Assembly (NCBI GenBank): GCA_964016885.1
Contig: OZ024754.1
Coordinates: forward strand, 35,340,001-35,404,000
From: Eledone cirrhosa
Taxonomy: Eukaryota
Direction of reading: 5' to 3'
DNA: 64,000 bases
A model generated the notes under the pieces. That model was not told where the DNA came from, searched no databases, and saw only the letters and a list, made by a program, of their open reading frames with translations. Shown here in pieces: positions 41,341 to 55,551 of the stretch. The translations under genes and the position numbers were made by a program. How positions within the stretch are numbered: position 1 is the stretch's first letter; every line of letters starts with the position of its first letter.

Positions 41341-42215
41341 GATGATGATGATTGTTAATATTTATAGCAAGGAAGACGACATCATGATGACATCTATATT
41401 TAATGGGAAGTAATGTCGGCAATGTACTGACATCAGCAATGAATAAGTAATCAAGAGAGAAAGAGGCACATACACACATACATACATACAGGCAGACACA
41501 CACATACAGGCAGACACACACATACAGACAGAAAGAGATACATACATACATACACATACAGGCAGACAGAAAGAGATACATACATACATACACACACATA
41601 CAGACATAAAGAGATACATACATACATACACACACATACAGACATACAGAGGCACATACATACATACATACATACATACATACATACATACATACATACA
41701 TACAGGCAGACAGAAAGAGATACATACATACACACACACACACACACATATAGACAGACAGAGGCACATACATACACACACACATACAGACAGACAGAAA
41801 GAGATACATACATACATACATACACACACACAGGCAGACAGAGAGACAGCCAGAGGCACATACATACACACATACAGACAGACATACACACACAGAGAAA
41901 GAGGTACACACACACACACACACACACACAAAGACATACATACATATAGAGGCACACACATACATGCATACATACATACGTACATATAGAGGCACACACA
42001 TACGTACATACAGAAAGAGGCACATACATACATACATACATACATACATACATACATACATACATACATACACACACACACATATATAGACATACAAACA
42101 AATAAACAACTACAAAGATATGTAAAACTACATTAAGTCGTTTTTACGTTCGGAGTTCAACTCCCAGGTGGATTATTAACTGACAATGGAGGACAGACAA
42201 ATACATTGATGCAAC

Positions 42216-42253
<38 letters not shown>

Positions 42254-42282
42254 ATATACACACATATATATATATATATATA

Positions 42283-43262
42283 CTAGCTGAGTAGCCCGTC
42301 GTTGCCGGGCAATAATCACAATAGTATGCTTTTATTTCAATTTGTTTTTATTCCATGTGAGACCATATAACCCCTATAACCCATATAACCCTTGATGAGG
42401 ACGGATTTCTTTATTAATTGGGTCAATTTCTAATATTTGTATAACAAACTACCAATGGTAGCCGGCGTTGCACGGGATAAAGTAATTTGGAAGGCGGACC
42501 GCCAACAGACCTAATGATGGAAAAAACTGCATGCCTGGACAATATGTAAAGAAAATAAACCGGATACTCTGATGGCTGGATAATCTTTAAGAATTTCCTC
42601 GATGAAGCAGGAAAAATGCAGGTTTTCACATAAGTAATATACATGTAAAGTTTGAAAAAAATCGGTTGGGTACTTCTCGAGTTTTAGGGATTCAAACTCA
42701 CAGACACACACACACAGACAGACATCTTCAGTTTTATATATATATAGATGTTTATTGTTTTTCCATCTGGTGCACAGATGTAAATATTTTTCTGACTTCC
42801 TACTCTTGAACATCCAACGTAAATCTGACCCTAGGGGAAGCAGGGCACTTTAAGGTGTAAACCGGCAACCGAAAATGTTTGTCCTTGTGCGTTATTGATG
42901 GTCATGGCAGAACTAAGAATCACTGGAAATTGAAGCCGTTTGAATTGAAATGGGACATCAGTGGGGATAAGAGGAATTCTTGGAACGAACACATCCTCTC
43001 CCCTACCACATCCTGTTGAAATGGTGGCTTGAATCACGTGGATACATAGTTTTTACAACCAATCGAGTGCCGTTGCATAGCCGTGGAGGGTTCAGATTCC
43101 TCAATAACATGATAGGTGCTCTTTCTTTAGGGGATGGACATATGGAGGTATTCCTGATTGTTCTAATGAGTTGTGGAACTCTGTCGGGTAATTGACAGCG
43201 TCCAACTGTCCCATCAGAGTGTTGTCAGATCGATAGAGCTTCGAACCATTGGAGGTCTTTTT
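42283..43262 (-). mobile_element. Helitron 3' fragment (PIF1-like helicase C-terminus, hairpin and CTAG end)
   Basis: AVNYPTEFHNSLE..APIMLLRNLNPPRLCNGTRL..PRIPLIPTDVPFQFKRLQFPV..AMTINNAQGQTF; 3' end GCCCGGCAACGACGGGC..CTAG|T at 42283. Confidence 0.92.
42449..42748 (-). mobile_element. 300-bp non-autonomous Helitron nested in the helicase gene
   Basis: A|TCTATATATATATAAAACTGAAGATG.. 5' end; CCCGTGCAACGCCGG..GTAG|T 3' end; no TSD. Confidence 0.85.
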
Positions 43263-43356
43263 AACGGGGGTGAGAGAGAGAGAGGGAGAGTAAGAAAGAG
43301 AAATAAAGTGGGAGAGGAAGAGGGAAAGAGAAGCAGAGGGAAAGGGAAAGAGGGGG

Positions 43357-43394
<38 letters not shown>

Positions 43395-44195
43395 TACGAA
43401 AGAATCAATAGAAATAGAAAGGGAGACATTGATGTGTTATATATGAAAGGTGGGAAATAAAGTGGGAGTGAAACACGAGAGCCAACAGCCGACAATAGTA
43501 GAACAAAACAAGGATTTGGTATTTAAAAAAAATCAACATTGTTTGTCAATGTTGGAGCTCAAAAATGGCTGTTGCCTTTCATGCTAGGATTCTTTGGTGT
43601 TGTTGATGTTGTTGTTGTTGTGGATAGATGAATAGTCGGTGTAGTGATGAGGGTGATGGTGAAGTAGGTTGAGTACTTGGTGTAAGTGATATGTGGAATA
43701 GTGACACTAAAGTTAACAGCTCTTAATGCTACAATCATAACAGAATTACATGGCTGTGTAATATTCTCTATGGATATAATGAAAGAAAAAAGAATATACA
43801 CACACAAACAATTATATATGACATTTTAATACACACACACACACGTGTAAATATAGATATATATCTATAAAATGAAACAGCTCTAGTCCTGTAGAAGCCA
43901 TTTCTGTATTAAATATTAATGTTTTCACACTACTAATGTATTGAGTAATTTATTTGCTGTGGTTACTCCCGATTTAATTCGGAATGTACTTTATATATAT
44001 ATATATATATATATTAAAAAGTTAAACAAGATTCAATGAGTACATCAAAGAATGAGTTTTACAGTAGATTGGAAGCACTCTACAAGAAAAATAATTTTGC
44101 AGAGTTATTAATATTAAAATACAAATATTAATAATATAGATGTTCTTTTGATCAATTAATTGATCAAAAGAACATCTATTTTATTAATATTTGTA

Positions 44196-44227
<32 letters not shown>

Positions 44228-44375
44228 ACGAAGGAAATGTGGTAAGGAACCACAAGTACTCAATACTTAGGGTAGTAGAGTGGGTAATAGGAACGAGTAG
44301 GACCCCGACGGCTGAGCTCAGTCCAGAATTAGTCGTCGAAACGGCTTGAGCTCAGCCGTCGGGGTCCTACTCGTT

Positions 44376-44427
<52 letters not shown>

Positions 44428-44667
44428 GAGACTGAGGTTAGCTGGACATGCTCACCGACATCCAGAGTTGACATTGCACTCAGTGCTCTCCTGTGGGAGC
44501 CCCAACATGGACACACTGGAAGAGGAAGACCAAGGTTAACGTATGTTGATGCTCTAAGGACAGACACTGGTCTGTTGGAGACGCAGGACATGGGGCAGCG
44601 ATAATGAGGGACAGAGACCACTGGAGAGAACTCGTCCATGGATATCTGGAATTTTACCCACCCTAGA

Positions 44668-44698
<31 letters not shown>

Positions 44699-44970
44699 AC
44701 TTGTATACATATGCATTTACTACCGTTATTATACATACAAATATACATATATGTATATATACAGATATACATACATATGAATACTTTATATATATATATA
44801 TAAAGTATTTCCGTAGGAAAGGTAAAGGAAAAGAGAGTGCTCTGTGTAGGCTACAGAGCTTTTCGTGTGAGTGTGCGCATACGTGAGCAAAAGATCACAC
44901 GTTTATTTGCCTCACTTACATATTTCCTAAATTTTGTTTTCAAATCCATATTTAATAAACATTCCATGTT

Positions 44971-45036
44971 ATTTTTTCTGACGACTGAAGACAGATATAT
45001 AAATATCTGTCTTCAAGAAACCGCTGGTAAATGAAT
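44971..45036 (+). ncRNA. Hammerhead ribozyme with 13-bp stem II
   Basis: CTGACGA 44978-44984, TGAAGACAGATAT/ATATCTGTCTTCA, GAAA 45017-45020, CC-GCT-GG, TA (GUA triplet); stem I is weak. Confidence 0.7.
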
Positions 45037-45061
45037 TAATTATCTTACGTTGTTTATTACA

Positions 45062-45146
<85 letters not shown>

Positions 45147-45448
45147 AGATTCAGGACCGACCTAGAATATTTTCATATTACCCACTCTACTACCACAAGT
45201 ATCGAGTACTCTGGTGGGATTTGGTTCACCTAGTATTTTGCCACACCCTTTCTGATACACGTGCACACACACACACACATACACACACACACATACGTAC
45301 ACACACATATATATATAACCACATGCATCATACATACAGCTATGCATATAAATGCGTACACATACACACACACACACACATACACACACACACACACATA
45401 CACACACATGCATCATACATACAGCTATGCATATAAATGCGTACACAT

Positions 45449-45479
<31 letters not shown>

Positions 45480-45755
45480 CAGACATATAGACTTATACAC
45501 TACTATACACTGAGCGGTAATGCAGTTTTTCTAACATGATGGTGTAGGGGGCGTGCTGACAATAGATTCAACAGCCATGGTGTAGGGGGCGTGCTGACAA
45601 TAGAATCAACAGCCGATAATGATATTAATAAGAGTTTAGGGAAATTGTCCAAGATCGAACGACAATTCCCGATAGACCATTCTAGAACATTTTTAGATCA
45701 ATCGACACATTGTAAACCTGTGTATATATAAGAGAATGCGCCTCTGCGTGTGTAA

Positions 45756-45807
<52 letters not shown>

Positions 45808-45815
45808 ACCTACAC

Positions 45816-45856
<41 letters not shown>

Positions 45857-45976
45857 TGCATATGTACATGTATGCATATATATATATATATATATATGCA
45901 TGTGTGTTTATATATATATATATATACATATGGATATATATATATATAGATGTATATATATATATATATAGAGAGA

Positions 45977-46036
<60 letters not shown>

Positions 46037-46151
46037 CACACACATATATGCATGTATGTGCTAATATATATATGCATGGATATATATATATATACACATA
46101 TATGCATGTATGTGTATAATTAATATATATATATATACACGGATATATATA

Positions 46152-46190
<39 letters not shown>

Positions 46191-46268
46191 GTGAATATAT
46201 ATATATATACATATATGGATACGTACGTGTATATATATATATATATATATATGCATATATATGTGTGT

Positions 46269-46322
<54 letters not shown>

Positions 46323-46365
46323 ACACACATATATATGCATATATATATATATATATATATACACG

Positions 46366-46399
<34 letters not shown>

Positions 46400-46673
46400 C
46401 GTGTATACGTTTCTAAATGTCTGTTTAATGATATAGTTTATTAATGATGTAAGTATATAGAAGTAGTTTGTTGTTGTTGTTGTATTAAATGTCTCCTCCA
46501 CCGCCGCCACACTCCATAACCGTCGCTTAGCAACAAATGTAATTTGCTAATTCCTTTTCATTTTTACTGTTTTAAATGTTTTATTTATTTGTAATTCATC
46601 AGTTTGCTTTGTTTTTTATTGTTTCTTATCTTTCACACACACACACACATATATATATATATACATATATATT

Positions 46674-47033
<360 letters not shown>

Positions 47034-47117
47034 AAATGCGTTTGTTGCTGATGAGTTTTTACTTTGAGAGATATCGATTTCTATCTTTGCTACTAATCTA
47101 CAGGTTTGGTAAGATAC

Positions 47118-47475
47118 ACATAGACCCCAGTATATTACTGGTTGTTAGGACATAGACCCAGTATATTACTGGTCGTTAGGTTGTTACTTTTGTTTCGACT
47201 ATATATACCAATATATTACTGGTAGCTAGGATATAGACACCAGTACATTACTGGTTGTTATAGACTGTTGCTATTGTTTTCTAGGACATTGACACCAATA
47301 TATTACTGGTTGTTAGGATAGAGACACCAATATATTGCTGGTTGTTAAGATATAGTCACCAATATATAACTGGTTGTTAAGATATAGACACCAATATATT
47401 GCTGGTTGTTAAGATATAGACACCAATATATTACTGGTTGTTAGGATATAGATAGCAGTATACTACTGGTTGTTA
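47118..47475. repeat. About 30-bp degenerate minisatellite
   Basis: ATAGACACCAATATATTACTGGTTGTTAGG; the first units match the SINE A segment GACCCCAGT..ATTACTGGT. Confidence 0.8.
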
Positions 47476-47575
47476 TAGGCTGTTAACGATGAACATTCAG
47501 TCGTTCCATCAACGGAATACCCGACTCGTTAAAGGTAAGTGGTTGAGTATTCCATACACACGTTTAAGACACACT

Positions 47576-47638
<63 letters not shown>

Positions 47639-48019
47639 GAAAAGATTCCGGACCCCGACGGCTGAGCTCTGGCCGTTTCCACAGCTAGATCCTCCGAATA
47701 TATATACCAGGATGGAATCTGTTTGAAACCAGTTAGACCATTACTCATCAGAGTACTCAATACTTGGAGTATTGGGGGCAACAGCGTCCATTCCGGGTAA
47801 CAGCATCTGGCGCATGTCAAAGCGCTGTCCAATGGAGTAAGACACGAGATAAAACAGCAACTTATAGCAATTAAGCTATGACAAGTACACATAGAGTTTC
47901 ACGTGACGACAAGGCAACGGTATCGTTCCTCCTTTAAGGTTTCCCCTTTAAAAAATTGTTTTCCGTTTTGCCTTGTTTTTGTTCGTTGATTGTCTCCTCT
48001 TTGTTGATTTTCCTAAATT

Positions 48020-48061
<42 letters not shown>

Positions 48062-48217
48062 AAACGAAAAATCAATGATGCATCTGAACTCAATTTATAA
48101 ATTGAGTTCAGATGCATCACTGATTTTTCGTTTTATATTATATCATACTCTGCTCTGTAAGAGCATAGAGTGCTCAACCGGCATACCGCCTATGAAAGCA
48201 TCTTAGCTACCATCCGC

Positions 48218-48260
<43 letters not shown>

Positions 48261-48329
48261 GTGTGTGTTTGTGTGCGTGCGGGAATATATATACATAAAT
48301 ATACCTGATTTTCTAAGTTATTATTTATA

Positions 48330-48510
48330 CTGGCAGTATCGGTAGAGGGTTGGACGCCATGTTTTCCAGCATAGTTACGTCTCTTTCCCATCTGAGTTCA
48401 AATCCCACCGAGGTTGACTTTGCCTTTCATCCTTACGGGGTCGATAAAATAAAGTACCAATAATACACTGGGTAATTGCTGGCCTTGTGCCTAAAGTAGA
48501 AACAATTATT
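48330..48510 (+). mobile_element. SINE A
   Basis: Family A motifs. Confidence 0.9.
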
Positions 48511-49996
48511 TATACTATCGACTGTTGTTACAGTTATGTTACCAAACCACCTGAAACCGCGCCTGGTTCTACGTTACGAAACGATTCATTTTAAAGTGCT
48601 TATATTTATCTAAAAACCTTCCAACAATATTTTATGCAAAAAAACTATGTCAAATTATGTATCAAACGCCAGCTTAATAACAAGAAAGTTATATTACTAG
48701 ATCCCGGCCCCCAAATTGTTGATTATTTTCAAAGTTATTTGAAAATCATAGGTAATGATTTTCATTAGAAATATGGTAATGAAAGGGTTAATCTTTTTCT
48801 CTTTTTTTCTATGTTTACTATATTAGTCAAGTAGCTCACACCACGTATCAATATGAAATGAAGAAAGGCGTTGGATTCTCAGACTCGTTAGGGCGACGGA
48901 CACAATGCCTTCACTATTTAGTTATGTAAATATGCATCCTAAATTCTAAACCTGCTGATGTAAACTTAGTATCAATAGTCATGCACTAGGGGGGGGGGGG
49001 GTTTAGCTAATGAAGGTACATGCAACTCAACTTGCAAAACATCGAAGTCAAATCTCCCTCAAATCTCACGCTACCGTTTTAGAATAAGAATCATGTGGGT
49101 GTTGGTTCCCTGTCCATAGGAAAAAAACAAACAACAGACTGTTGACAGCTAGACTGCTTTTCAGGGCTGACCTAGGGTTAAAAACCTACTATATATATAT
49201 GTATATTTCTTCATGTATTTACTGTTTGGCTTATTGTTGTTTAGCTTACATGTCAACACTGATCACGCAAGATACGATCGAAAGTATTTTCCCGGTAGCG
49301 ACTATCAATTTCTCTCCTCTGATAAAGGTTGCAGCAGCTCAAAACCTTATGACACACAGCATGTCACAGCATGTCAACAAAAACACACACGGCATCAACA
49401 ACAACTTGTGAAGATGGGTGCCCAGCTAAACCTTCATAATTTCTAACATTTCATTTTCTTTTTCCCCCAAAGAACTTAGCACCACTACCACCACCACCAC
49501 TACTACTACTACCGCTACTACTACTGCCGCTACTGCTACTACTAACACTACTACTACCGCTACCGCTACTACTACTACTGCTGCTACTACTACTACTGCT
49601 ACTACTACTACTACTACTGCCGCTACTACTACTACTAGTTTTCTTTCTTATCTAAGAATATTCTGTCGTCTTTTCAAGCAACTCGGATGTGAAATAAAAT
49701 CTATAAAATATGCTGCTACTGCTGCTAATAGTACTACTACCACAACTACTACCGCTATTTTATCTTCCTCTTCACGTAATAGGTAGGTTAGTTTCAACAA
49801 GCACCGATCAATGGCAGAGTGGTGAATGGTAGGTTTTTCTGTAGTAGCTCAATGTAGGCCAATCTTCTCAGAGAACTGAAGACCTGAATACTTAACACGT
49901 AAACAATCACGTAAGCAAACAACACACAAACATATAAGGCTTTAGTTGTAGTAGTAGTAGTAGTAGCAGCAGCAGCCGTACTACTAATGATAATAT

Positions 49997-51080
49997 TGGT
50001 TTCTTATATAGGCACAAGGCAAGCAAGTTTGGGAGAGGGGAAAGTAGATTAAATCGACCCCATTGCGTGACTGGTACTTTATTTTATCGACCCTGTAAGG
50101 ATGAAAGCAAAGTTAACCTCGGCGGGATTTGAACTCAGGCCATAAAGGGCCGTAACTCTTTGCTGCAAAGCATGGCGTCCGACCCTCTACCGATACTGCC
50201 AATCCACCGCCCTAGGCACAAGGCCATCAATTTTAGGGAGGGGAAAGTCGATTAAATCAACCCCAGTGCATAACTGATACTTTATTTTAGCGGCCCCGTA
50301 AGGATATAAAAGGCAAAGTTAACCCCGGCGGGATTTGAACTCAGAATGTAATACAGTGAAATATGTTGACCATTGGGAAAGTAAAATGATTAATTACGAC
50401 ATACATACATATCGTTATGGACATCACATTAGAAAATATGGCGGCCAGAAAATAATGGAGATAGTGAAACGTTGGGAAGATAGTATAAATAATTGTTTCT
50501 ACTTTAGGCACAAGGCCAGCAATTTCACCAGTGCATTACTAGTACTTTATTTTAGCGGCCCCGTAAGGATATAAAAGGCAAAGTTAACCCCGGCGGGATT
50601 TGAACTCAGAATGTAATACAGTGAAATATGTTGACCATTGGGAAAGTAAAATGATTAATTACGACAGATGATATCGTTATGGACATCACATTAGAAAATA
50701 TGGCGGCCAGAAAATAATGGAGATAGTGAAACGTTGGGAAGATAGTAGTAATAACTGTTTCTACTTTAGGCACAAGGCCAGCAATTACCCCAGTGCATTA
50801 CTGGTACTTTATTTTATCGACCCCGTAAGGATGAAAGACAAAGTAACAATGTAATATAGGAATATAATTGTTTCTACTTTAGGGACCAGCAATTTGAAAG
50901 GGAGAGAGCAAAGTCGATTAAATCTACCCCAGTGCATTACTGGTGCTTTATTTTATCGACCCCGTAAGGATGAAAGGAAAATCAAACCTCGACAGGATTT
51001 GAACTCAGAACGTAAAGGGCCGTAACTCTGTGCTGCAAAGCATGGTGTCCAACGGTCTATCGATACAGCCAATCCACCGA
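49997..51080 (-). mobile_element. Cluster of SINE A copies including a 265-bp tandem duplication
   Basis: TTTATTTTAGCGGCCCCGTAAGGATATAAAAGG at 50281 and 50546. Confidence 0.85.
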
Positions 51081-51249
51081 ATATAATAGTAATTGCAATA
51101 TATAGGAATATAATTGTTGAGGGAGGGGAGACACTGTGTTTACCTATCGATAAAGAGGAGGAGTTGTGATGAAACTTCCCTGTAAGAGTTCTTAGTGAGT
51201 GAGTGAGAGTGAAAGAGAGAGGTAACTGTGATGTGAAAGAGGTAAGTGT

Positions 51250-51342
<93 letters not shown>

Positions 51343-51367
51343 ACTGTGATGTGAAAGATGTAAGGGT

Positions 51368-51448
<81 letters not shown>

Positions 51449-51579
51449 GGGAGAGAGGGAGAGAGGGAGAGAGAGAGAGAGGGAGAGAGGGAGAGAGAGA
51501 GAGTGGGGTAACTGTGATGTGAAGGATGTAAGGGTTGTGTGTGAGAGAGAGAGAGAGAGAGGGGGATATAGAGAGAGGG

Positions 51580-51615
<36 letters not shown>

Positions 51616-52200
51616 GTAAGTGTTATGCAGCAGAGAATAGGTTACTTAGATGGTGTCTTCAAAGCCAAGAGGAAAATATGAAAATAATTTCAGGATTAAA
51701 AATAGAAAATCGAGGAAAAGAAATGAAGCTAAAATAACTCAGAATACTGGACCTCCAACTTATACATACATACATACATACATACATAACATACATACAT
51801 ACATACATACATACATACATACATACATACATACATACATACATACATACATAACATACATACATGATGGTTGCAAACTCTGCTAAGAGTGTTGCAATCG
51901 CGTGTCAGATTACAGAGAATGGTGCACTTTTAGGCTACAGCCAGCTACACGAACCTGTAACATATCCTGAACAAGCAATGCCTGTGCTTTGAAGGTTTTT
52001 TAAGTGGGGAAAGGCCTTGGACTCGACCAATCCCACTCTCTGAACATCGAAACACTACCCGAAAAGGAGAACTGGTCAACATCATCGGATGCTTTCTGAA
52101 GCCGCAGGTTTTTTTTCAGAGTTTCCCTCTCCTAGAAAGGTGTTGTGACAACAACTGGAGGCTTTTCACTCCCAGGCGAAAAAAATACATACATATAAAT

Positions 52201-52553
52201 TATAAGAATGAAGCCTAAGGCAATGTTTTGGAATCTTATATCATTTTATTAAATACCTCATTGCTATAATGTACATTTCAATAGTATTAATTATGTATTT
52301 CATACTATTTCGTCAAATAGTCATTATGCAATTATTCATACTGCGATATGTTCAGGGTGAGTTTCCTGAGCTTGTGGTGACAATATCGAAAACACTCGCC
52401 TTGAACATATCGCATATGAATAATTGCAATATGGTTATCTAACGAGATAGCATGGATTACGTAGTTGATACCATTGAAATGAGTATAATAACAATGATGT
52501 AATTAATAAAATGATATAAGATTCCAGAACACTGCCTTGTACTTCATTCTTAT
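52201..52553. mobile_element. About 350-bp old palindrome with a decayed hammerhead in each arm
   Basis: Plus: GTTAT-CTAACGA..GAAA-TGAGTA-TA-ATAAC (52434-52492). Minus: TTGACGA-AATAGTAT..ATACTATT-GAAA-TGTACA (52265-52316). Confidence 0.75.
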
Positions 52554-52721
52554 ACAAAAATAAAAAAAAAACAAAAACACCCATCTTACATAAACCTGCA
52601 GGATTATATCCAAGTTTGGAAATTATAACACGTTGAGTGCTAAAACCTGTATACCCAGTATTAATTGATCGACAAGAACAATTGTGAAACTATTACTGAT
52701 TAACAAACACGAACAGACCAG

Positions 52722-52783
<62 letters not shown>

Positions 52784-52789
52784 TATGCA

Positions 52790-53030
52790 AAAGACAAACA
52801 GAAATAAAAAAAAAGCAAACGATACAGTATATTGGAGAAATATATTAGTGTTACGCTTAATGATGTAGAAGGAAAAATGTCTTAACATTTCGGACGCTAG
52901 TCCTTCATCATAAAATAGAATGCGAAATTGAAGAAGAAATAGAAAGATAGAGCATAGTGAGCTGTGGCAGAAACGAAAAAAAAAAAATCTTTGAGAAAAA
53001 GAGAAAAAACAGGTTTATTCTGGTCGCCAT
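52790..53030 (-). mobile_element. PLE-type terminal-repeat family with a degenerate minimal hammerhead
   Basis: TGATGA-AGGACTAGCGTCC-GAAA-TG-TTA at 52880-52910; homologues at 31889-31916 (+) and 21709-21740 (-). Confidence 0.7.
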
Positions 53031-53296
53031 CTCTTGGAAAACACCCATATACACATACATACATAAATGCCTACAGATGCCCACATACACTGTGACTGCT
53101 TTCAAAAAGAGAAAGTATAGTAAGAGAAGCCATGATGCTGAACCGAATCTCTAGATTTAATTGATATAGAACTGTACAAATCTTTGGAGGCTGGTGACAC
53201 GACCCAGTCTTAGATATTACACAAATAGGTCTCAACTGCACGTTCAAATGATCATTAAGCCATCTGAATGACAAATGGAACTTTGTTTTTTTTTTT

Positions 53297-53516
53297 ATCG
53301 ATCGACTTTCGTCAAATCAGACCGAGGGAACAACGTTTCCATTGGTTTTTTCCAATTGCTAGTACTATCTATCGGTTGTAAGTCCAGGTAGAAGGAGCAA
53401 CGTGAAATAACGTGTCTTGCTCAAGGACATAACACATCGCTCGTTCCAGGAATTGAACTGACAACCTCAACGATTACGAATCCAGTTCTCTAACCAATCA
53501 GCCACACGCCTTCACA
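53297..53516 (-). mobile_element. SINE B
   Basis: Family B motifs. Confidence 0.9.
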
Positions 53517-53541
53517 AATGGAACTTATATATCGATTAGAA

Positions 53542-53721
53542 CAAGGATTTTCGAACTGCGGGTCCTGATTCATAAATGGGTCGCAAAATAAAATATAATG
53601 GGCCACCATTTTAAGAAAACATCTACGAAAATAAGAGATTTATTACACTTAAGCATGTTAGGTCACGATACAAAATACAGCATTTTCTATAATTGATATC
53701 AAAAGAGTTTGAAAACCCTTT
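53542..53721. mobile_element. hAT-type MITE
   Basis: AAGGATTTTCGAACT / AGTTTGAAAACCCTT ends; near-identical 8-bp TSD GATTAGAA/GACTAGAA. Confidence 0.7.
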
Positions 53722-53896
53722 GACTAGAAAATTGAGGAATATGCATTAATAGACGGTTGACCTGTTTTTGAAAGATATCACTATTTATAACACTGTTTAT
53801 AAGTACTCAATATAGCAACACGGTGTCAATCGAAATTATGTCCCTTAGTATAATACTCGTAAGTTCAACCGACAATATACTTTTCTGTTTTGTTTG

Positions 53897-54098
53897 ACAG
53901 TATCGATAGGGCGTTAGATACCATGCATTGCAACATAGATTTATGGCCCTTTACGTTCTGAGTTCAAATCCCGCCGAGGTTAGCTTTGCCTTTCATTCTT
54001 TCGCGGTCGATAAATAAAGGACCAGTAATGCACTGGGGTCGATTTAATCAATTTTCCCCACCCCTAAAATTGATGGCTTCCTGCCTATAGTAGAAATT
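53897..54098 (+). mobile_element. SINE A
   Basis: Family A motifs. Confidence 0.85.
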
Positions 54099-54139
54099 AT
54101 TATATTTCAACATTATAGTTGACGAACAACGCAACATAC

Positions 54140-54830
54140 GGATAAAACTGTATAGAGTGGGGTATTGTAATATTAGTGGTGATAAAACTGTATAGGGGTG
54201 GTTGGTGTAACAGTAGTAGTGATAAAACTGTAATGGGGTGGTGTGGTGTAACAGTAGTGGTGATAAAACTGTAATGGGGTGGTGTGGTGTAACAGTAGTG
54301 GTGATAAAACTGTAATGGGGTGGTGTGGTGTAACAGTAGTGGTGATAAAACTGTGTAGGGGTGGGTGGTGTAACAGTAGTAGTGATAACACTGTATAGGA
54401 GTGGTGTGGTGTAACAGTAGTGGTGATAAAACTGTATAGGGGTGGTATGGTGTAACAGTAGTGGTAAGCATTCAAAAGTTCAATTGTAACATTAGTGGTG
54501 ATAAAACTATAGGTGTGGTGTTGTGTAACAGTAGTGGTGATAAAACTGTATAAGGCGTGGTTGGTGTAACAGTAGTAGTGATAAAACTCTATAGGAGTGG
54601 GTGGTGTAACATTAGTGGTGAAAAAACTGTAATGGGGTGGTATGGTGTAACAGTAGTGGTAAGCATTCATAAGTTCAATTGTAACATTAGTGGTGATAAA
54701 ACTATATAAGGCGTATTTGGTGTAACAGTAGTAGTGATAAAACTCTATAGGGGTGGGTGGTGTAACATTAGTGGTGATAAAACTGTAATGGGGTGGTGTG
54801 GTGTAACAGTAGTGGTAAGCATTCATAAGT
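54140..54830. repeat. About 41-bp minisatellite
   Basis: GTGGTGATAAAACTGTAATGGGGTGGTGTGGTGTAACAGTA. Confidence 0.92.
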
Positions 54831-55263
54831 TCGATTCATAACAAAGGTTGTTTGAAATTTGATATTTATTATTATTACATTTTAAAATAACAAGCACTTC
54901 TAATTTTAGACAGAGGAGGGTACGTGGAACCGCAGTAGCATAATAAACTAGAACTGTTAAAAGAGTGAATGACCTCCTTAGAGTCAACGGCCATCCACCC
55001 CAACTATGGGTTAAATAGCCTCACCAACCCACAATTGGCCAAGTATGGTGTGTATGGCTACACACCCGACATGACCAAAACCAAACAGAAAGTGGTGAAG
55101 GTCAACCAGAGAAAGGTTCCTCCAAGAGGAGTGACAAGGCCCTGCAGTGAATCGGTTCCTCAACTGTAATGACATGAAGGTACAGTCGTTTAAAACTCAA
55201 TCTAATACCGCACATTAAACTTCTCACATGTACACGAGAAATTCAATTTCCCATCTATAATTA

Positions 55264-55432
55264 CCGTATTTCCCGGCGCCGAAGACACTACTCTTTTCCT
55301 AAAATAAGTCTCAGAAATCTACCATGCGTCCTGGAGGCCGAAGGTTGCTTATTATTTTTATTTTTTATTTTTTATTGTCAAAATTAGGGTACGTCCTCGA
55401 GGACGAAGCGTCTTCGGCGCCGGGAAATACGG
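55264..55432. mobile_element. Tc2/pogo-type MITE
   Basis: Perfect 23-bp TIR CCGTATTTCCCGGCGCCGAAGAC with TA TSD. Confidence 0.9.
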
Positions 55433-55551
55433 TATGTACAGATTAAATGAATTGCCGGACTATCAGTTGTCGGAAAATTGTTAGTGTATATTATTAGTAT
55501 CTATAAAATATTGCTAGGGCATTCTCACACAACATTTGTTAACTATGGATA

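Noticed and set aside
43559-43807. Thr-rich minus-strand exon
   Set aside because: Acceptor present but no convincing donor, and the Thr run comes from a (CAA)n repeat.
47735-47760. CTGATGA on the minus strand as the 5' half of a hammerhead
   Set aside because: It aligns with the family tail GAGTACTCTGGTG and has no stem I partner, so it is probably a chance match.
54969-55169. 66-aa ORF MTSLESTAIHP..
   Set aside because: No recognisable domain or consistent splice structure; may be a retroelement fragment.
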